Shown in pieces: positions 19,471 to 28,474 of a stretch of DNA of 64,000 nt (position 1 is its first letter; each line of letters opens with the position of its first letter). The DNA is from Candidatus Nanosyncoccus sp. (lineage in GTDB: Bacteria > Patescibacteriota > Saccharimonadia > Saccharimonadales > Saccharimonadaceae). Under the pieces are notes generated by a model. It ran no database searches. It worked only from the letters and a program-made list of their open reading frames with translations, and was not told the DNA's origin. The stretch lies in contig JAZUHW010000002.1 of NCBI GenBank assembly GCA_045641865.1, positions 10,872-74,871 of the forward strand, given 5' to 3'. Made by a program: the position numbers and the translations under genes.

Positions 19471-20346
19471 TTAATTGTAAAGATTTTCGATGGCAATTGA
19501 TGGACCCATCGTGGTGGTCAAATAGAGAGATTTGATATAGGTGCCTTTGAGTGAGGCTGGTTTTTGCTGTTTGAGCGATTCTAGGAAAGCTTCAGCATTA
19601 GCAACTAATTGTTCTGGCTTGAACGAAGTTTTACCAAAACCAATGTGGACAATAGCTTGCTTATCGACACGATATTCCACCTTACCAGCTTTGGCTTCTT
19701 TGACAGCCTTAGTGACATCAGTGGTCACAGTACCAGCTTTAGGGTTCGGCATCAAACCTTTTGGTCCTAAGAGACGAGCAAATTTACCGAGCTTGGGCAT
19801 ATATTGTGGGGTCGAAATCAAGACGTCGAAATCAATAGTTCCCTTTTCAAGTTGTTTAAGAAATTCTTCGTCAGCGGCAATATCAGCGCCAGCAGCTTTG
19901 GCTTTTTTGACCTCATCAAGAGGTGCAAACACGGCGACACGGACACTTTTACCATTACCATGAGGTAAAACGATAGTAGTACGAATATTTTGGTCAGCCT
20001 GACGTGGATCCACACCTAAGCGAGCGTGAATTTCAAGCGTGCCGTCAAATTTGGTGGTATTAGTTTTGAGCGCCAAATCAATAGCATCTTTGAGGGCATA
20101 AGTTTTTCCCTTTTCAATCAATTTCGCAGCGGCTTGATATTTTTTGCCACGGCGTTCAATTTTTGGACGAGTCACAGGGATAGCGCCTTTGGGTTTTTTG
20201 GCAGCTTCGGCTTCCTGTTTTTTGGTCTCGACCTTGCGTTCTTGACGCTTGGCTTCGGCCTCGGCGGCTTCAACGTTTTTCTTGGAACGCTTACCGGCCT
20301 TAGCAAAAGTTTCTTCTTGTTCTAGTTTTTTGGCATCTTCAGCCAT
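19471..20346 (-). CDS. rplA: 50S ribosomal protein L1 with a Lys/Ala/Glu-rich N-terminal extension
   Basis: The ORF track gives 306 aa. I place the start at ATG 20346 (MAEDAKK) because of the SD AAAGGA. The L1 core starts at about residue 75. Confidence 0.9.
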   Translation of the reverse strand: MAEDAKKLEQEETFAKAGKRSKKNVEAAEAEAKRQERKVETKKQEAEAAKKPKGAIPVTRPKIERRGKKYQAAAKLIEKGKTYALKDAIDLALKTNTTKFDGTLEIHARLGVDPRQADQNIRTTIVLPHGNGKSVRVAVFAPLDEVKKAKAAGADIAADEEFLKQLEKGTIDFDVLISTPQYMPKLGKFARLLGPKGLMPNPKAGTVTTDVTKAVKEAKAGKVEYRVDKQAIVHIGFGKTSFKPEQLVANAEAFLESLKQQKPASLKGTYIKSLYLTTTMGPSIAIENLYN

Positions 20347-20408
20347 AGTTAAATCCTTTCTGTGGTAATAACGGGTTTCCCCTCCCAACATTGATTATTA
20401 TTAAATTA

Positions 20409-20417
20409 ATTATATCA
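20409..20417 (-). promoter_or_regulatory. extended -10 box TGATATAAT upstream of rplA
   Basis: Reverse complement of attatatca. Lies just downstream of the cdsA-cassette terminator. Confidence 0.5.
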
Positions 20418-20438
20418 TATTTTCGAGACAAATAAAAA

Positions 20439-20467
20439 GGGGGCCCCGAAAGGCTCAAGGGGGCCCC
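20439..20467 (-). terminator. strong GC hairpin terminator after the cdsA-like gene
   Basis: Two copies of GGGGGCCCC separated by 11 nt, followed on the minus strand by CTTTTTATTT. Confidence 0.75.
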
Positions 20468-20531
20468 ACATATCAGAACTACATATATCTATTGGCCGAG
20501 TTGTTATTAGGAGTGCATGTGCAACTACATG

Positions 20532-21284
20532 CTATAAAAAAGTTTGCCATAATATGTAGATCCAATCGAGGATTAGGAGTATCGTTCCGCTGAAAATTAC
20601 GGAATCGATGCGGTCTAGACAGCCACCATGGTCACCCAAAAAGCTTTTTATTTTTTTATAAAAAGTATATTTTTCGGATGCACAGTCGCAAGAGTCTTTA
20701 ATGCCAAAAGCCCGCTTGACCATAGAGCAAAACAAGTCGCCTAGCAAAGCTAGGGGACCTATACAGGCAAAATAGACTTGGTCTAGACTCACATCGATTA
20801 CTCCTAATAGCGGATGGCCAGCCGCCAATCTCAATCCTCACATAATGAGAAAGATTAAGATTGGTGCCAACAGATGGGCAATCGTTCCCTCTACCGTCTT
20901 GTTAGGCGATATTCCCGGGAATGGTGATGTCCGAAAGAAGTGGTGGCCAAATAAGTGGCCTCCGAGTCATCCAGCTGCATCAGCGCCTCATACACAGACA
21001 AATAAAAGGGCAATTTCGGTTTGTGTTGCAAATAATACATACAAACCGCCACCGATAACCAGTAGGTAGCCCCATCCTCGATATCAATTAGCCTTATCTC
21101 GACCAACCCCACCGACTACTCGATGAGTCAATGATGTTAGTTCGATAAAAGCTAACACACAGGCTATTTCAAATAAAATTCGAAATGGCCAGCCATACCC
21201 TATACATAATGTAATTACGGATACAGTCACAATTAAAATTGCGGGGATTACCCGCGCGCGCAAAACGCTCTTTCGTTTCTTCAT
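20532..21284 (-). CDS. cdsA: phosphatidate cytidylyltransferase (CdsA)-like protein; frame open only if 4 in-frame TGA codons are sense
   Basis: Track fragments 21084-21284 and 20532-20834 are in the same frame. The 250 nt between them translate without TAA/TAG. TGA codons at 21084-86, 20988-90, 20967-69 and 20838-40. Motifs V[TGA]GADAAG[TGA]LGG, ISPNKTVEG, KRAFGIKD and HGGCLDRIDS. SD AAGGAGGG precedes ATG 21284. Confidence 0.8.
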
Positions 21285-21315
21285 GAGTACCCTCCTTACA
21301 TAACCTCATTTTAAA

Positions 21316-21345
21316 TGTACCAGTAACCTTTTGGCCACTGGTACA
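21316..21345 (-). terminator. hairpin after rplK
   Basis: 9-bp perfect stem TGTACCAGT/ACTGGTACA followed by TTTAAAAT. Confidence 0.55.
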
Positions 21346-21377
21346 GATTATACTCCTAGAGTAGTGGGAATGCAAGC

Positions 21378-21803
21378 TTAAGCGACTTCCACCCCCATAG
21401 AACGAGCAGTGCCGGCAACGATTTTAACGGCACCTTCTAGGTCGACCGCGTTAAGCTGATCTTTCTTAATTTCAGCAATTTTTTCGAGTTGGGCGCGCGT
21501 AATCTTGCCAACTTTTTCAGAGTTTGGCTTGCCGCTCCCCTTTTGTAAGCCGATTTCTTCGCGAATTAAATCGTCAACTGGGCGACCCAAGCATTTCCAG
21601 TCAAAAGTGCGATCTTCAAACACACGAATGTGCACAATCACATCTTTACCCATATAATCTTTGGTAGCTTCGTTAAATGGATTGATAAAATCCATCATAT
21701 TAAGGCCCCATTGACCGAGCGTGCTGCCAACCGGAGGTCCAGCTGTAGCTTTACCGCCCATCACGCGGAGTTTTAGATTTCCGATAACTTTTGGTGAACT
21801 CAT
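21378..21803 (-). CDS. rplK: 50S ribosomal protein L11
   Basis: 141-aa ORF with conserved L11 N- and C-domains, following nusG. Confidence 0.95.
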   Translation of the reverse strand: MSSPKVIGNLKLRVMGGKATAGPPVGSTLGQWGLNMMDFINPFNEATKDYMGKDVIVHIRVFEDRTFDWKCLGRPVDDLIREEIGLQKGSGKPNSEKVGKITRAQLEKIAEIKKDQLNAVDLEGAVKIVAGTARSMGVEVA

Positions 21804-21843
21804 TTCAATTATTTCCTCTCTAGTGCGTAACTATTTTATTATA

Positions 21844-22398
21844 CTATAATTTTTTAACTTGTAAAGCGTCCAGTTCGACAGGGGTTTCGCGACCAAACAT
21901 TGAGACCATAACTTTGAGTTTACCCTTGGCTTGGTCAATTTCGGAGATAGTGCCATCAAAGCCTTTAAATGGACCGTCAATAATCGAGACAACTTCATTA
22001 ACAGAGTAATTGACAGAATATTTCGGATCTTCTACACCCATGCGCTTTTTAATTTTAGCAATTTCAGCATTGGAGACAGGAGTAGGTTGAGTGCCGGTAC
22101 CAATAAAACCGGTCACACCAGGGGTGTTGCGGACAATATACCAAGTTTCATCAGAGAGGCGCATATCGACTAACACATAACCTTGGAAAATCTTACGGTC
22201 AACAATTTTACGTTTGCCATTTTTGATTTCGATCTGTTTTTCTTTAGGAACAAGAGCCTCAAAAATCTTGTTTTTCATATCAATTGAATCAACACGTTGG
22301 TTGATACTATCGGCGACTTTGTCCTCGTAGCCACTATAAGTACTGATAGCGTACCAGGCACGGGTGTCGTCATAACGGTTGGCTTTTTTCGTAGTCAT
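21844..22398 (-). CDS. nusG: transcription termination/antitermination factor NusG
   Basis: 184-aa ORF with NGN and KOW domains, in secE-nusG-rplK synteny. Confidence 0.92.
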   Translation of the reverse strand: MTTKKANRYDDTRAWYAISTYSGYEDKVADSINQRVDSIDMKNKIFEALVPKEKQIEIKNGKRKIVDRKIFQGYVLVDMRLSDETWYIVRNTPGVTGFIGTGTQPTPVSNAEIAKIKKRMGVEDPKYSVNYSVNEVVSIIDGPFKGFDGTISEIDQAKGKLKVMVSMFGRETPVELDALQVKKL

Positions 22399-22409
22399 AG
22401 TTATCTCCT

Positions 22410-22709
22410 TTATTTGAACATGTTATTAAAGATTAACGAGAATAAGAGGTCGAGCAAAACGATAAAGACGAGGAAAATTGCACAGTAAACCAGCATCGCT
22501 AAGGTCATTTTCCAGGTGTATTTGCGACTCGGCCAGCGGACTTGGCGTAATTCGTGCCATGAATTGCGGACATAGCGCCCCAGGGCCACGAAGGGTCGGA
22601 ATAAAATAAATGGTTTTTTATCGGCTTTTTTGACCTTTTTAGCCGGTTTCTTCACGGTTTTCTTGGCTGTACTTGCTTTCTTAACCGTCACTTTAGTCGT
22701 TTTGGCCAT
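22410..22709 (-). CDS. secE: preprotein translocase subunit SecE with a Lys-rich N-terminal extension
   Basis: 99-aa ORF with C-terminal ELRQVRWPS plus a TM helix. Confidence 0.85.
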   Translation of the reverse strand: MAKTTKVTVKKASTAKKTVKKPAKKVKKADKKPFILFRPFVALGRYVRNSWHELRQVRWPSRKYTWKMTLAMLVYCAIFLVFIVLLDLLFSLIFNNMFK

Positions 22710-22724
22710 ATTTGCTCCTTCCTG

Positions 22725-22748
22725 TAAAAAATAGTCTGTTACCAGACT
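22725..22748 (-). terminator. terminator-like hairpin in the secE 5' leader
   Basis: The minus strand reads AGTCTGgtaaCAGACT followed by ATTTTTT. It lies between a TGCTACAAT -10 box and the secE SD. Confidence 0.35.
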
Positions 22749-22814
22749 GTCAAGTACATTGTAGCATACAAATTCAAAAATGGGAAGTTTTTGTGATAAA
22801 ATTAATAAAGACGC

Positions 22815-22888
22815 TGGGGATTAGCCAAGTGGTAAGGCAGTGGGTTCTGGTCCCATGATCGGGGGTTCGAGTCCCTCATCCCCAGCCA
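22815..22888 (+). tRNA. tRNA-Gln (anticodon CTG), CCA encoded
   Basis: Hand-folded cloverleaf: acceptor TGGGGAT/ATCCCCA, anticodon loop TTCTGGT. Confidence 0.85.
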
Positions 22889-22901
22889 TTTTTGATGCTT
22901 A

Positions 22902-22910
22902 TGCTATAAT
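22902..22910 (+). promoter_or_regulatory. extended -10 box TGCTATAAT, 6 nt upstream of ATG 22917 (leaderless layout)
   Basis: The sequence reads TGCTATAAT-gagatt-ATG. No SD is present. Confidence 0.55.
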
Positions 22911-22916
22911 GAGATT

Positions 22917-24548
22917 ATGAAAAATCGTGCAGATACGCTTATTCTTGGCAACATCATCACCATGGACGACGATAAGCCTACAGCTGAGGCTGTGACGGTC
23001 ATTGACGGTAAAATTCAGTATGTCGGTAGCGTTCAAACTGCTAAAACGCTCTGTGATAAAGATACGAAAATTCTAGATTACGGGGACAATTATGTGTATC
23101 CTGGTTTTTTGGAGGCGCATGCACATGGGCTGGCGGCTGGTTGGCATAGAATGGGGCAAATTGATTTGACCCCCGGTAAAAGCTACAAAGATTACCAAAA
23201 AATCATCCGCGACTATATCAAAGAGCACCCAGGACGTAGGTACTATTTTGGGTCCGGTTGGCAAGTTTTTGACGATGTTGACCCGACCAAGGCCCTCATC
23301 GATGAAGTTTGCTCTGATATGCCAATTGCATTAAGCTCAGTTGATGGCCATTCTATGTTGGTGAATAGTGCCTGTATTGAATTCTTCCATGCCACCAAAG
23401 AAATAGCACATCAGTTTAAGCCTGGCGAGATTATATTGGATGATAAAGGCGAGTTGACTGGTCTTGTACATGAGACGCCAGCGTTAATGATATTGGCTTA
23501 TATACCCCTAACTGTTAAGGAAATGAAGAAATTCGTGCTCAATTGGCAGGATTTTGCTTTTAGCTTGGGTTTTGTGGCGGCGACGGAGGCCGGGATTCAA
23601 GATATTGAAAAAGATGGCGATCAAGCCTATTTGGGCCTAGCCAAAGAGAAGAAGTTAAAACTTCGCACCTATTCTTATTATAATGTTTCCGAAAAAACCA
23701 CTACACCGAAGGCCGATGTGGAGCATATCGCCGATTTTGCGGCCAAAAATAACACTGAATATTTTAAAACTATTGGAATTAAAGTGTTCAATGATGGCGT
23801 GGTGGAGGCACACACGGCTTGGCTAGACGAAGATTACAAAGATATGCCGGGTTATCATGGCGTGGAGCGTCACAATAATCACCAAAAGATGGTCACGATA
23901 TTGACAACGGCTAATAAATATGGTCTGGCGGTGCATTCTCACTCTATTGGCTCTGGGGCTAGTAAGTTTCAACTAGATGCCATTGAGGACGCGCAGCGTA
24001 CTACGGGCAATATGGATCAACGCAACTGTATGGCGCATTTGCAAGTGATACGTGACGCAGATATTCAGCGTTTGGCAGATTTGGATGTAGTGGCAATTGT
24101 GCCACCTCTGTGGTGCGCCAAAGACAAAGAATATTTCCACGAAGAAGTCGAGGCAATAGGCCTACGCGCGGCCAACCAAGAATACCCGGTCAAATCTTTC
24201 CAGGATGCTGGCGCGGTGATTACTTTTCATTCCGATTACCCAGTTAGTCCGAGTATTAGTATTCCCAAAACTTTGTATATGGCGGTGACGCGTCGCAGCC
24301 CGAAGTTAGGTCCAGACAGCGTGCGCGGCATCAAAGAGGCTGTCAGTAAAAAAGAAGCCTTGCTGGCCATGACCAAAAACGTTGCCTACCTCTGGCATGA
24401 GGAAGATCGTATGGGCTCTTTGGAAGTCGGTAAATTAGCTAATATGACGGTGTTTGACACAGACTTCTTGCATGGCGACGTCGAAACCTTTCCGAAGGCC
24501 AAAGTCGTGGCTACGATTGTGGATGGTGAAGTAGTTTATAAAGCATAA
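22917..24548 (+). CDS. amidohydrolase-family metallohydrolase (YtcJ-like)
   Basis: 543-aa ORF with N-terminal PGFLEAHAHG (HxH metal site), internal His ligands and a C-terminal HSD motif. Confidence 0.7.
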   Translation: MKNRADTLILGNIITMDDDKPTAEAVTVIDGKIQYVGSVQTAKTLCDKDTKILDYGDNYVYPGFLEAHAHGLAAGWHRMGQIDLTPGKSYKDYQKIIRDYIKEHPGRRYYFGSGWQVFDDVDPTKALIDEVCSDMPIALSSVDGHSMLVNSACIEFFHATKEIAHQFKPGEIILDDKGELTGLVHETPALMILAYIPLTVKEMKKFVLNWQDFAFSLGFVAATEAGIQDIEKDGDQAYLGLAKEKKLKLRTYSYYNVSEKTTTPKADVEHIADFAAKNNTEYFKTIGIKVFNDGVVEAHTAWLDEDYKDMPGYHGVERHNNHQKMVTILTTANKYGLAVHSHSIGSGASKFQLDAIEDAQRTTGNMDQRNCMAHLQVIRDADIQRLADLDVVAIVPPLWCAKDKEYFHEEVEAIGLRAANQEYPVKSFQDAGAVITFHSDYPVSPSISIPKTLYMAVTRRSPKLGPDSVRGIKEAVSKKEALLAMTKNVAYLWHEEDRMGSLEVGKLANMTVFDTDFLHGDVETFPKAKVVATIVDGEVVYKA

Positions 24549-24559
24549 CCAGAAGTGTA

Positions 24560-24568
24560 TGCTATAAT
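24560..24568 (+). promoter_or_regulatory. extended -10 box TGCTATAAT, 8 nt upstream of the metG ATG
   Basis: The sequence reads TGCTATAAT-atccctat-ATG. No SD is present. Confidence 0.5.
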
Positions 24569-24576
24569 ATCCCTAT

Positions 24577-26142
24577 ATGGCAAAGGAAAAATTCTACATC
24601 ACCACACCAATTTATTACCCATCAGGTGACCCGCATATTGGGCATTGTTATACCACGGTGGCCTGTGATTTGATGGCACGCTATAAGCGTGAGCGCGGCT
24701 TTGATGTGATGTTTGTGACTGGCGCCGATGAACACGGCCTCAAAATCCAGGAAAAGGCCAAAGCCGAAGGCGTTACTCCTCAAGAATACGTCGATAAAAT
24801 GGCCAAAAAGTTCCAGGACCTCTGGAAAACTATGAATATCTCTTACGACCGTTTCGTCCGCACTACTGATGATTACCACGTCCAGACCGTACAGTGGATT
24901 TTTAACGAGCTTTACAAAAAAGGCTACATCTACAAGGGTGAATACAAAGGTAAATACTGCGTCCCAGATGAAACTTTCCTCACCGAATCGCAACTCGTAG
25001 ACGGTAAATGCCCCGAATGTGGTCGCGAAGTGATTGACGCCTCCGAAGAAGCTTATTTCTTTAAGATGTCCGAATTCGCCGAGCCGATCAAAAAACTCCT
25101 CACCGAGACTGATTTCCTCGAGCCAAAATCCCGTGTTAATCAGATGGTTAACAGCTTTATCGACGCTGGTTTGGAAGATCTCTGCGTCTCGCGTAGTAGT
25201 TTTGACTGGGGTATTCCGGTGCCTTTTGTCGATGGGCACGTGGCTTATGTCTGGATTGACGCGCTGTCCAACTATATCTCTATCCTTGGTTTCCATAACG
25301 ACAAATACAACGATTACGACAAATACTGGCCAGCCGACCTCCACATGATGGCCAAAGAAATCGTGCGTTTCCATGCTATTACCTGGCCAGCCATCTTGAT
25401 GGCGCTCGATTTGCCTCTGCCAAAGAAAGAATATGGTCACGGCTGGATCACTTTTGGCGACCAAAAGATGAGCAAATCGGTCGGGAACGTGGTAGATCCG
25501 GTGATTCTCTCTGAGCGTTATGGGGTGGATGCCGTGCGCTATCAGATCCTCAGTGAGATGCCTTACAACGGTGACAGCGCTTTTACCAACGAATTATTCC
25601 TAGAACGCATCAATTCTGACCTCGCCAACGATTATGGTAACTTAGTTTCGCGCTCTACTGCAATGATAAACAAGTATTTTAATGGCCAACTCCCAGATGC
25701 AAGAGAGGAAGGCCCCGAAGACAAAGAATTACTAGAGGTACTCGCTAAGTTACCAGAGGCAATAGAAGCAAAATACGACACCATGCATTTTTCCGAGGCC
25801 CTATCAGAGATAATGAAGGTAATTGGCCGCACCAACAAATACATTGACGAAACCGCCCCCTGGGCTCTCTCTAAAGACGACAGCAAAAAAGCCCGTCTCG
25901 CCTCTGTTCTCTACAATTTATTAGAGGTAATCAGGGTCACTAGTATTTTACTGCGCCCAGTGATGCCAAATATCGCCCCAGAGACCCTCAGACGCGTCGG
26001 AGCGGACGATCAGTGTTCTACATGGCAAAGTGCCCACAAAATCGGTTCCCTGCCCCAAAACGCCAAAATTAGCACCGGAGAGCCCCTTTTCCCTCGTATC
26101 CGTATCAGTCAAGAGCTAGAAGAACTAGCCAAATTAGCTTAG
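24577..26142 (+). CDS. metG: methionine--tRNA ligase
   Basis: 521-aa ORF with a HIGH-type motif (DPHIGH), KMSKS and a CPECG zinc knuckle. Confidence 0.92.
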   Translation: MAKEKFYITTPIYYPSGDPHIGHCYTTVACDLMARYKRERGFDVMFVTGADEHGLKIQEKAKAEGVTPQEYVDKMAKKFQDLWKTMNISYDRFVRTTDDYHVQTVQWIFNELYKKGYIYKGEYKGKYCVPDETFLTESQLVDGKCPECGREVIDASEEAYFFKMSEFAEPIKKLLTETDFLEPKSRVNQMVNSFIDAGLEDLCVSRSSFDWGIPVPFVDGHVAYVWIDALSNYISILGFHNDKYNDYDKYWPADLHMMAKEIVRFHAITWPAILMALDLPLPKKEYGHGWITFGDQKMSKSVGNVVDPVILSERYGVDAVRYQILSEMPYNGDSAFTNELFLERINSDLANDYGNLVSRSTAMINKYFNGQLPDAREEGPEDKELLEVLAKLPEAIEAKYDTMHFSEALSEIMKVIGRTNKYIDETAPWALSKDDSKKARLASVLYNLLEVIRVTSILLRPVMPNIAPETLRRVGADDQCSTWQSAHKIGSLPQNAKISTGEPLFPRIRISQELEELAKLA

Positions 26143-26157
26143 AAGCCATAAAAAATA

Positions 26158-26182
26158 CCCCAGCAGCTTGCACCTGCTGGGG
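26158..26182. terminator. bidirectional terminator between metG and the DUF285 gene
   Basis: 9-bp stem CCCCAGCAG/CTGCTGGGG flanked by AAAAATA and GAATTTT. Confidence 0.75.
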
Positions 26183-26187
26183 GAATT

Positions 26188-26751
26188 TTAAGCACTAGAA
26201 GGTCTAAGAAAGTCCCAAGATCCGGGCCAATAGTCGACATACCTTGCATTAACAAGCACCTCTTGCAAAGATTCACAGCCTTGAAACATGTCGCTAAAAT
26301 CTTTGACACAAGAGACATCAAAGCTATGCAAATCAAGTCGTTGCAATTTTTTGCATCCGGCAAACATGCGACTCATATCTTGAATTTTGTGTGTATCTCA
26401 GCTCGTCAAATCGAGCTCTTCTAGATTTTCACATCCGGCAAATGTCTCCTGCATGTTGACAGAATGGCTAATATCCACATATTCTAGGCCAACAATCGTC
26501 TTTAGACTAGTCATATTTTGGAATAAGCCGGCCATTCAAAACGGCCGCATCCCCTTTACAGATTCATGAAAAACAATTTTGTCAATCTCGTGATAGACAT
26601 TTTGCTTTTCGGCCTGGACAAATCAATCTTGCCAACGTCAGATTGGCCGATAAATACTTTTGTCAGCTAAGTCTTTGTGAACAAAAGTCAGAATTCATTG
26701 CTGCTCCTCGATACTGGTAGCAGCCATTACATCATACGGTGATACTTCCAT
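26188..26751 (-). CDS. DUF285/BspA-like leucine-rich-repeat protein 2 (187 aa); needs 5 in-frame TGA codons read as sense
   Basis: The frame is continuous from ATG 26751 (SD AAGGAGGTGGTGG) to TAA 26188. TGA codons at 26695-97, 26638-40, 26623-25, 26536-38 and 26398-400. Repeats are of the form FxGCxxLxxLDLxx(F/M/TGA)Dxxx(V/I)xDMSxMF. Confidence 0.75.
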
Positions 26752-26855
26752 AACCACCACCTCCTTACTGAACTCAGATCTAAGTGCAAGTTAGATTCTT
26801 CTAATACTGATAAGGTACACAAAAATAGGCCTCAATATGCCCACTTATCATACTG

Positions 26856-26866
26856 ATTATATCACA
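26856..26866 (-). promoter_or_regulatory. extended -10 box TGTGATATAAT for DUF285 protein 2
   Basis: Reverse complement of attatatcaca, about 100 nt upstream of the ATG. Confidence 0.45.
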
Positions 26867-26880
26867 TAAACATAGCAAAA

Positions 26881-26907
26881 CCCCCAGCACGTCAATAATG
26901 CTGGGGG
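26881..26907 (-). terminator. terminator after DUF285 protein 1
   Basis: 9-bp stem CCCCCAGCA/TGCTGGGGG, near-identical in its arms to the terminator at 26158-26182. Confidence 0.7.
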
Positions 26908-26924
26908 CTTACGCATTACACCGC

Positions 26925-27542
26925 TTAGTAATTAGCATCCAAATAAGCTTGTATGGCCTTTTTCATCTCTGATAACGAATACTTTGCTACTTCATATTTA
27001 TGAGGAACCCAACGTTCGTCGCGTTTATAATCCATAATATGAAATTGGACTTTTGGATTGCACCCAGCAAAAATCTGCTTGACATCCTCTCTGTTAGCTT
27101 CAGTATATCCGAACTCAAACTCCGGAGACATATAGACATGTTCAAGGGATTTACAATTAACGAACATGTTACTCATATCTTGGACGTTATGGGTATCCAT
27201 AGTAGTTAAATCGAGCTCTCGTAGCTTTGTGCAACCTTCAAACATCGACCGCATAGATACTGCTTGTTCAGTGTTCAGATGCCCTAAAGAAATTTCCTCG
27301 ACGTGTGGCATATTGCAAAAGAGTCGCTCAAGATTCGTCGGTTTAAACTGTTGTATCGTTCGGTGGAGAATAATATAGTTTATACGCTGGCGACGATTAT
27401 CGCCGTCAAGAAAACCCACTAACTCACCTCAAGGAACTTCGACCTCTCCGGCTTCCTTTGTTGAGTTGCTACTACAGATAGTAAGTACACTGCCACTGCT
27501 GGTAATTCTGCCAACTACTTCGTTGTCATCTAAATTTCACAT
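26925..27542 (-). CDS. DUF285/BspA-like leucine-rich-repeat protein 1 (205 aa); needs 2 in-frame TGA codons read as sense
   Basis: SD AAGGAAGGTGGTG lies 5 nt before ATG 27542, and the second codon is TGA (27537-39). A second TGA is at 27429-31. The C-terminal 164 aa match track ORF 26925-27419. Confidence 0.7.
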
Positions 27543-27597
27543 AATGACACCACCTTCCTTTCGTCAGTCTTGGATAATGCGTAATAATGTACGTCAA

Positions 27598-27620
27598 AAG
27601 TGGGCACTTGATGCCCACTT
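27598..27620 (-). terminator. hairpin after the sortase-like gene
   Basis: 9-bp stem AAGTGGGCA/TGCCCACTT. Confidence 0.5.
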
Positions 27621-27643
27621 GACTATTTCTATTTTAGCACAAA

Positions 27644-28327
27644 TTAGATGCGATCGGCAAAAACAACAAGACGTTGAGAAGCGTCACCACCACCCCAAGA
27701 CACACCATGACAAGTCATAATGGCTAAGCTGTGTTGACGAGTACCACTAACAGTAGTAGCGCGAGCATTAATGATGTTACTCATAAAGTTGCGACCAGGT
27801 AAGCCATCAGGATATAACAGTTCGGTACCACGTGCAGTATATTCGTGGTTATAGATTACCTTTTCCGAAATACGATAATCGGTAGTTTGGCCATTAACAG
27901 TGACAGAAAAAGTCGTACCTTCTGGTAAACCAGCCAAATGACCAAATACAGCACCGGTATTATGACCGTAAAGAAAGCTATTGCTATAACGGGCTACACG
28001 AGTTCCGGCATCATCAGCGGTAGAACCAGTATCGTACATTGAGATAGTGCGACCACCAATAGTAATATAAGAACCAGATAAGGCTACATCGCTAGCATTT
28101 GGTGCCTTAGCACGGGTGACGGTCAACTCAGAACGGGTAGACTGATAAGTATTAGCAATCTCAGAACTCTGAATCGGCTTAGCAATTTCTGTAGCAGTAT
28201 AATTACTGTTACGATCAGAAATATCGGTATCAGGAATCTGGCCAGCATTAGTGGCCGCTGTGAAGCTTGTCAAGGATGTAAACCCAAGAAAAGCCAACAA
28301 AACTAACTGTATCACATGACGGTTCAT
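27644..28327 (-). CDS. secreted sortase-fold protein (class F-like, second copy)
   Basis: Start moved to MNRHVIQLVLLAFLGF (signal peptide). Has His (LYGHNTG), the TC motif (LAIMTCHG) and a C-terminal R (QRLVVFA). No internal TGA. Confidence 0.65.
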   Translation of the reverse strand: MNRHVIQLVLLAFLGFTSLTSFTAATNAGQIPDTDISDRNSNYTATEIAKPIQSSEIANTYQSTRSELTVTRAKAPNASDVALSGSYITIGGRTISMYDTGSTADDAGTRVARYSNSFLYGHNTGAVFGHLAGLPEGTTFSVTVNGQTTDYRISEKVIYNHEYTARGTELLYPDGLPGRNFMSNIINARATTVSGTRQHSLAIMTCHGVSWGGGDASQRLVVFADRI

Positions 28328-28446
28328 TTCCACACTCTCCCAATTTAGTGATATAACATCATTATAGCACACTTTTGTCAAAAATGCAAGTGCTTTTGCT
28401 TAAATCCTGCTCACAATCAAATTATCTCAAATACAACCAGGGGTTT

Positions 28447-28467
28447 CCTGGGGCAAAATGCCCCAGG
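28447..28467 (-). terminator. hairpin downstream of the sigma gene
   Basis: 8-bp stem CCTGGGGC/GCCCCAGG, but no clear T-run on the minus strand. Confidence 0.35.
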
Positions 28468-28474
28468 ATTGACA

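Noticed and set aside
20845-21112. ORFs 20891-21112 (minus) and 20845-21069 (plus) as separate small genes
   Set aside because: They lie inside the continuous CdsA-like frame in other frames or on the other strand. They have no SD and their translations look like junk.
24622-25464. 280-aa antisense ORF inside metG, and similar long antisense ORFs (6790-7251, 9443-9889, 10000-10368, 12090-12608, 18389-18874, 39379-39978, 43690-44091, 58642-59169)
   Set aside because: Each is fully contained in a well-supported conserved gene on the opposite strand. They have no SD and a skewed composition typical of antisense frames.
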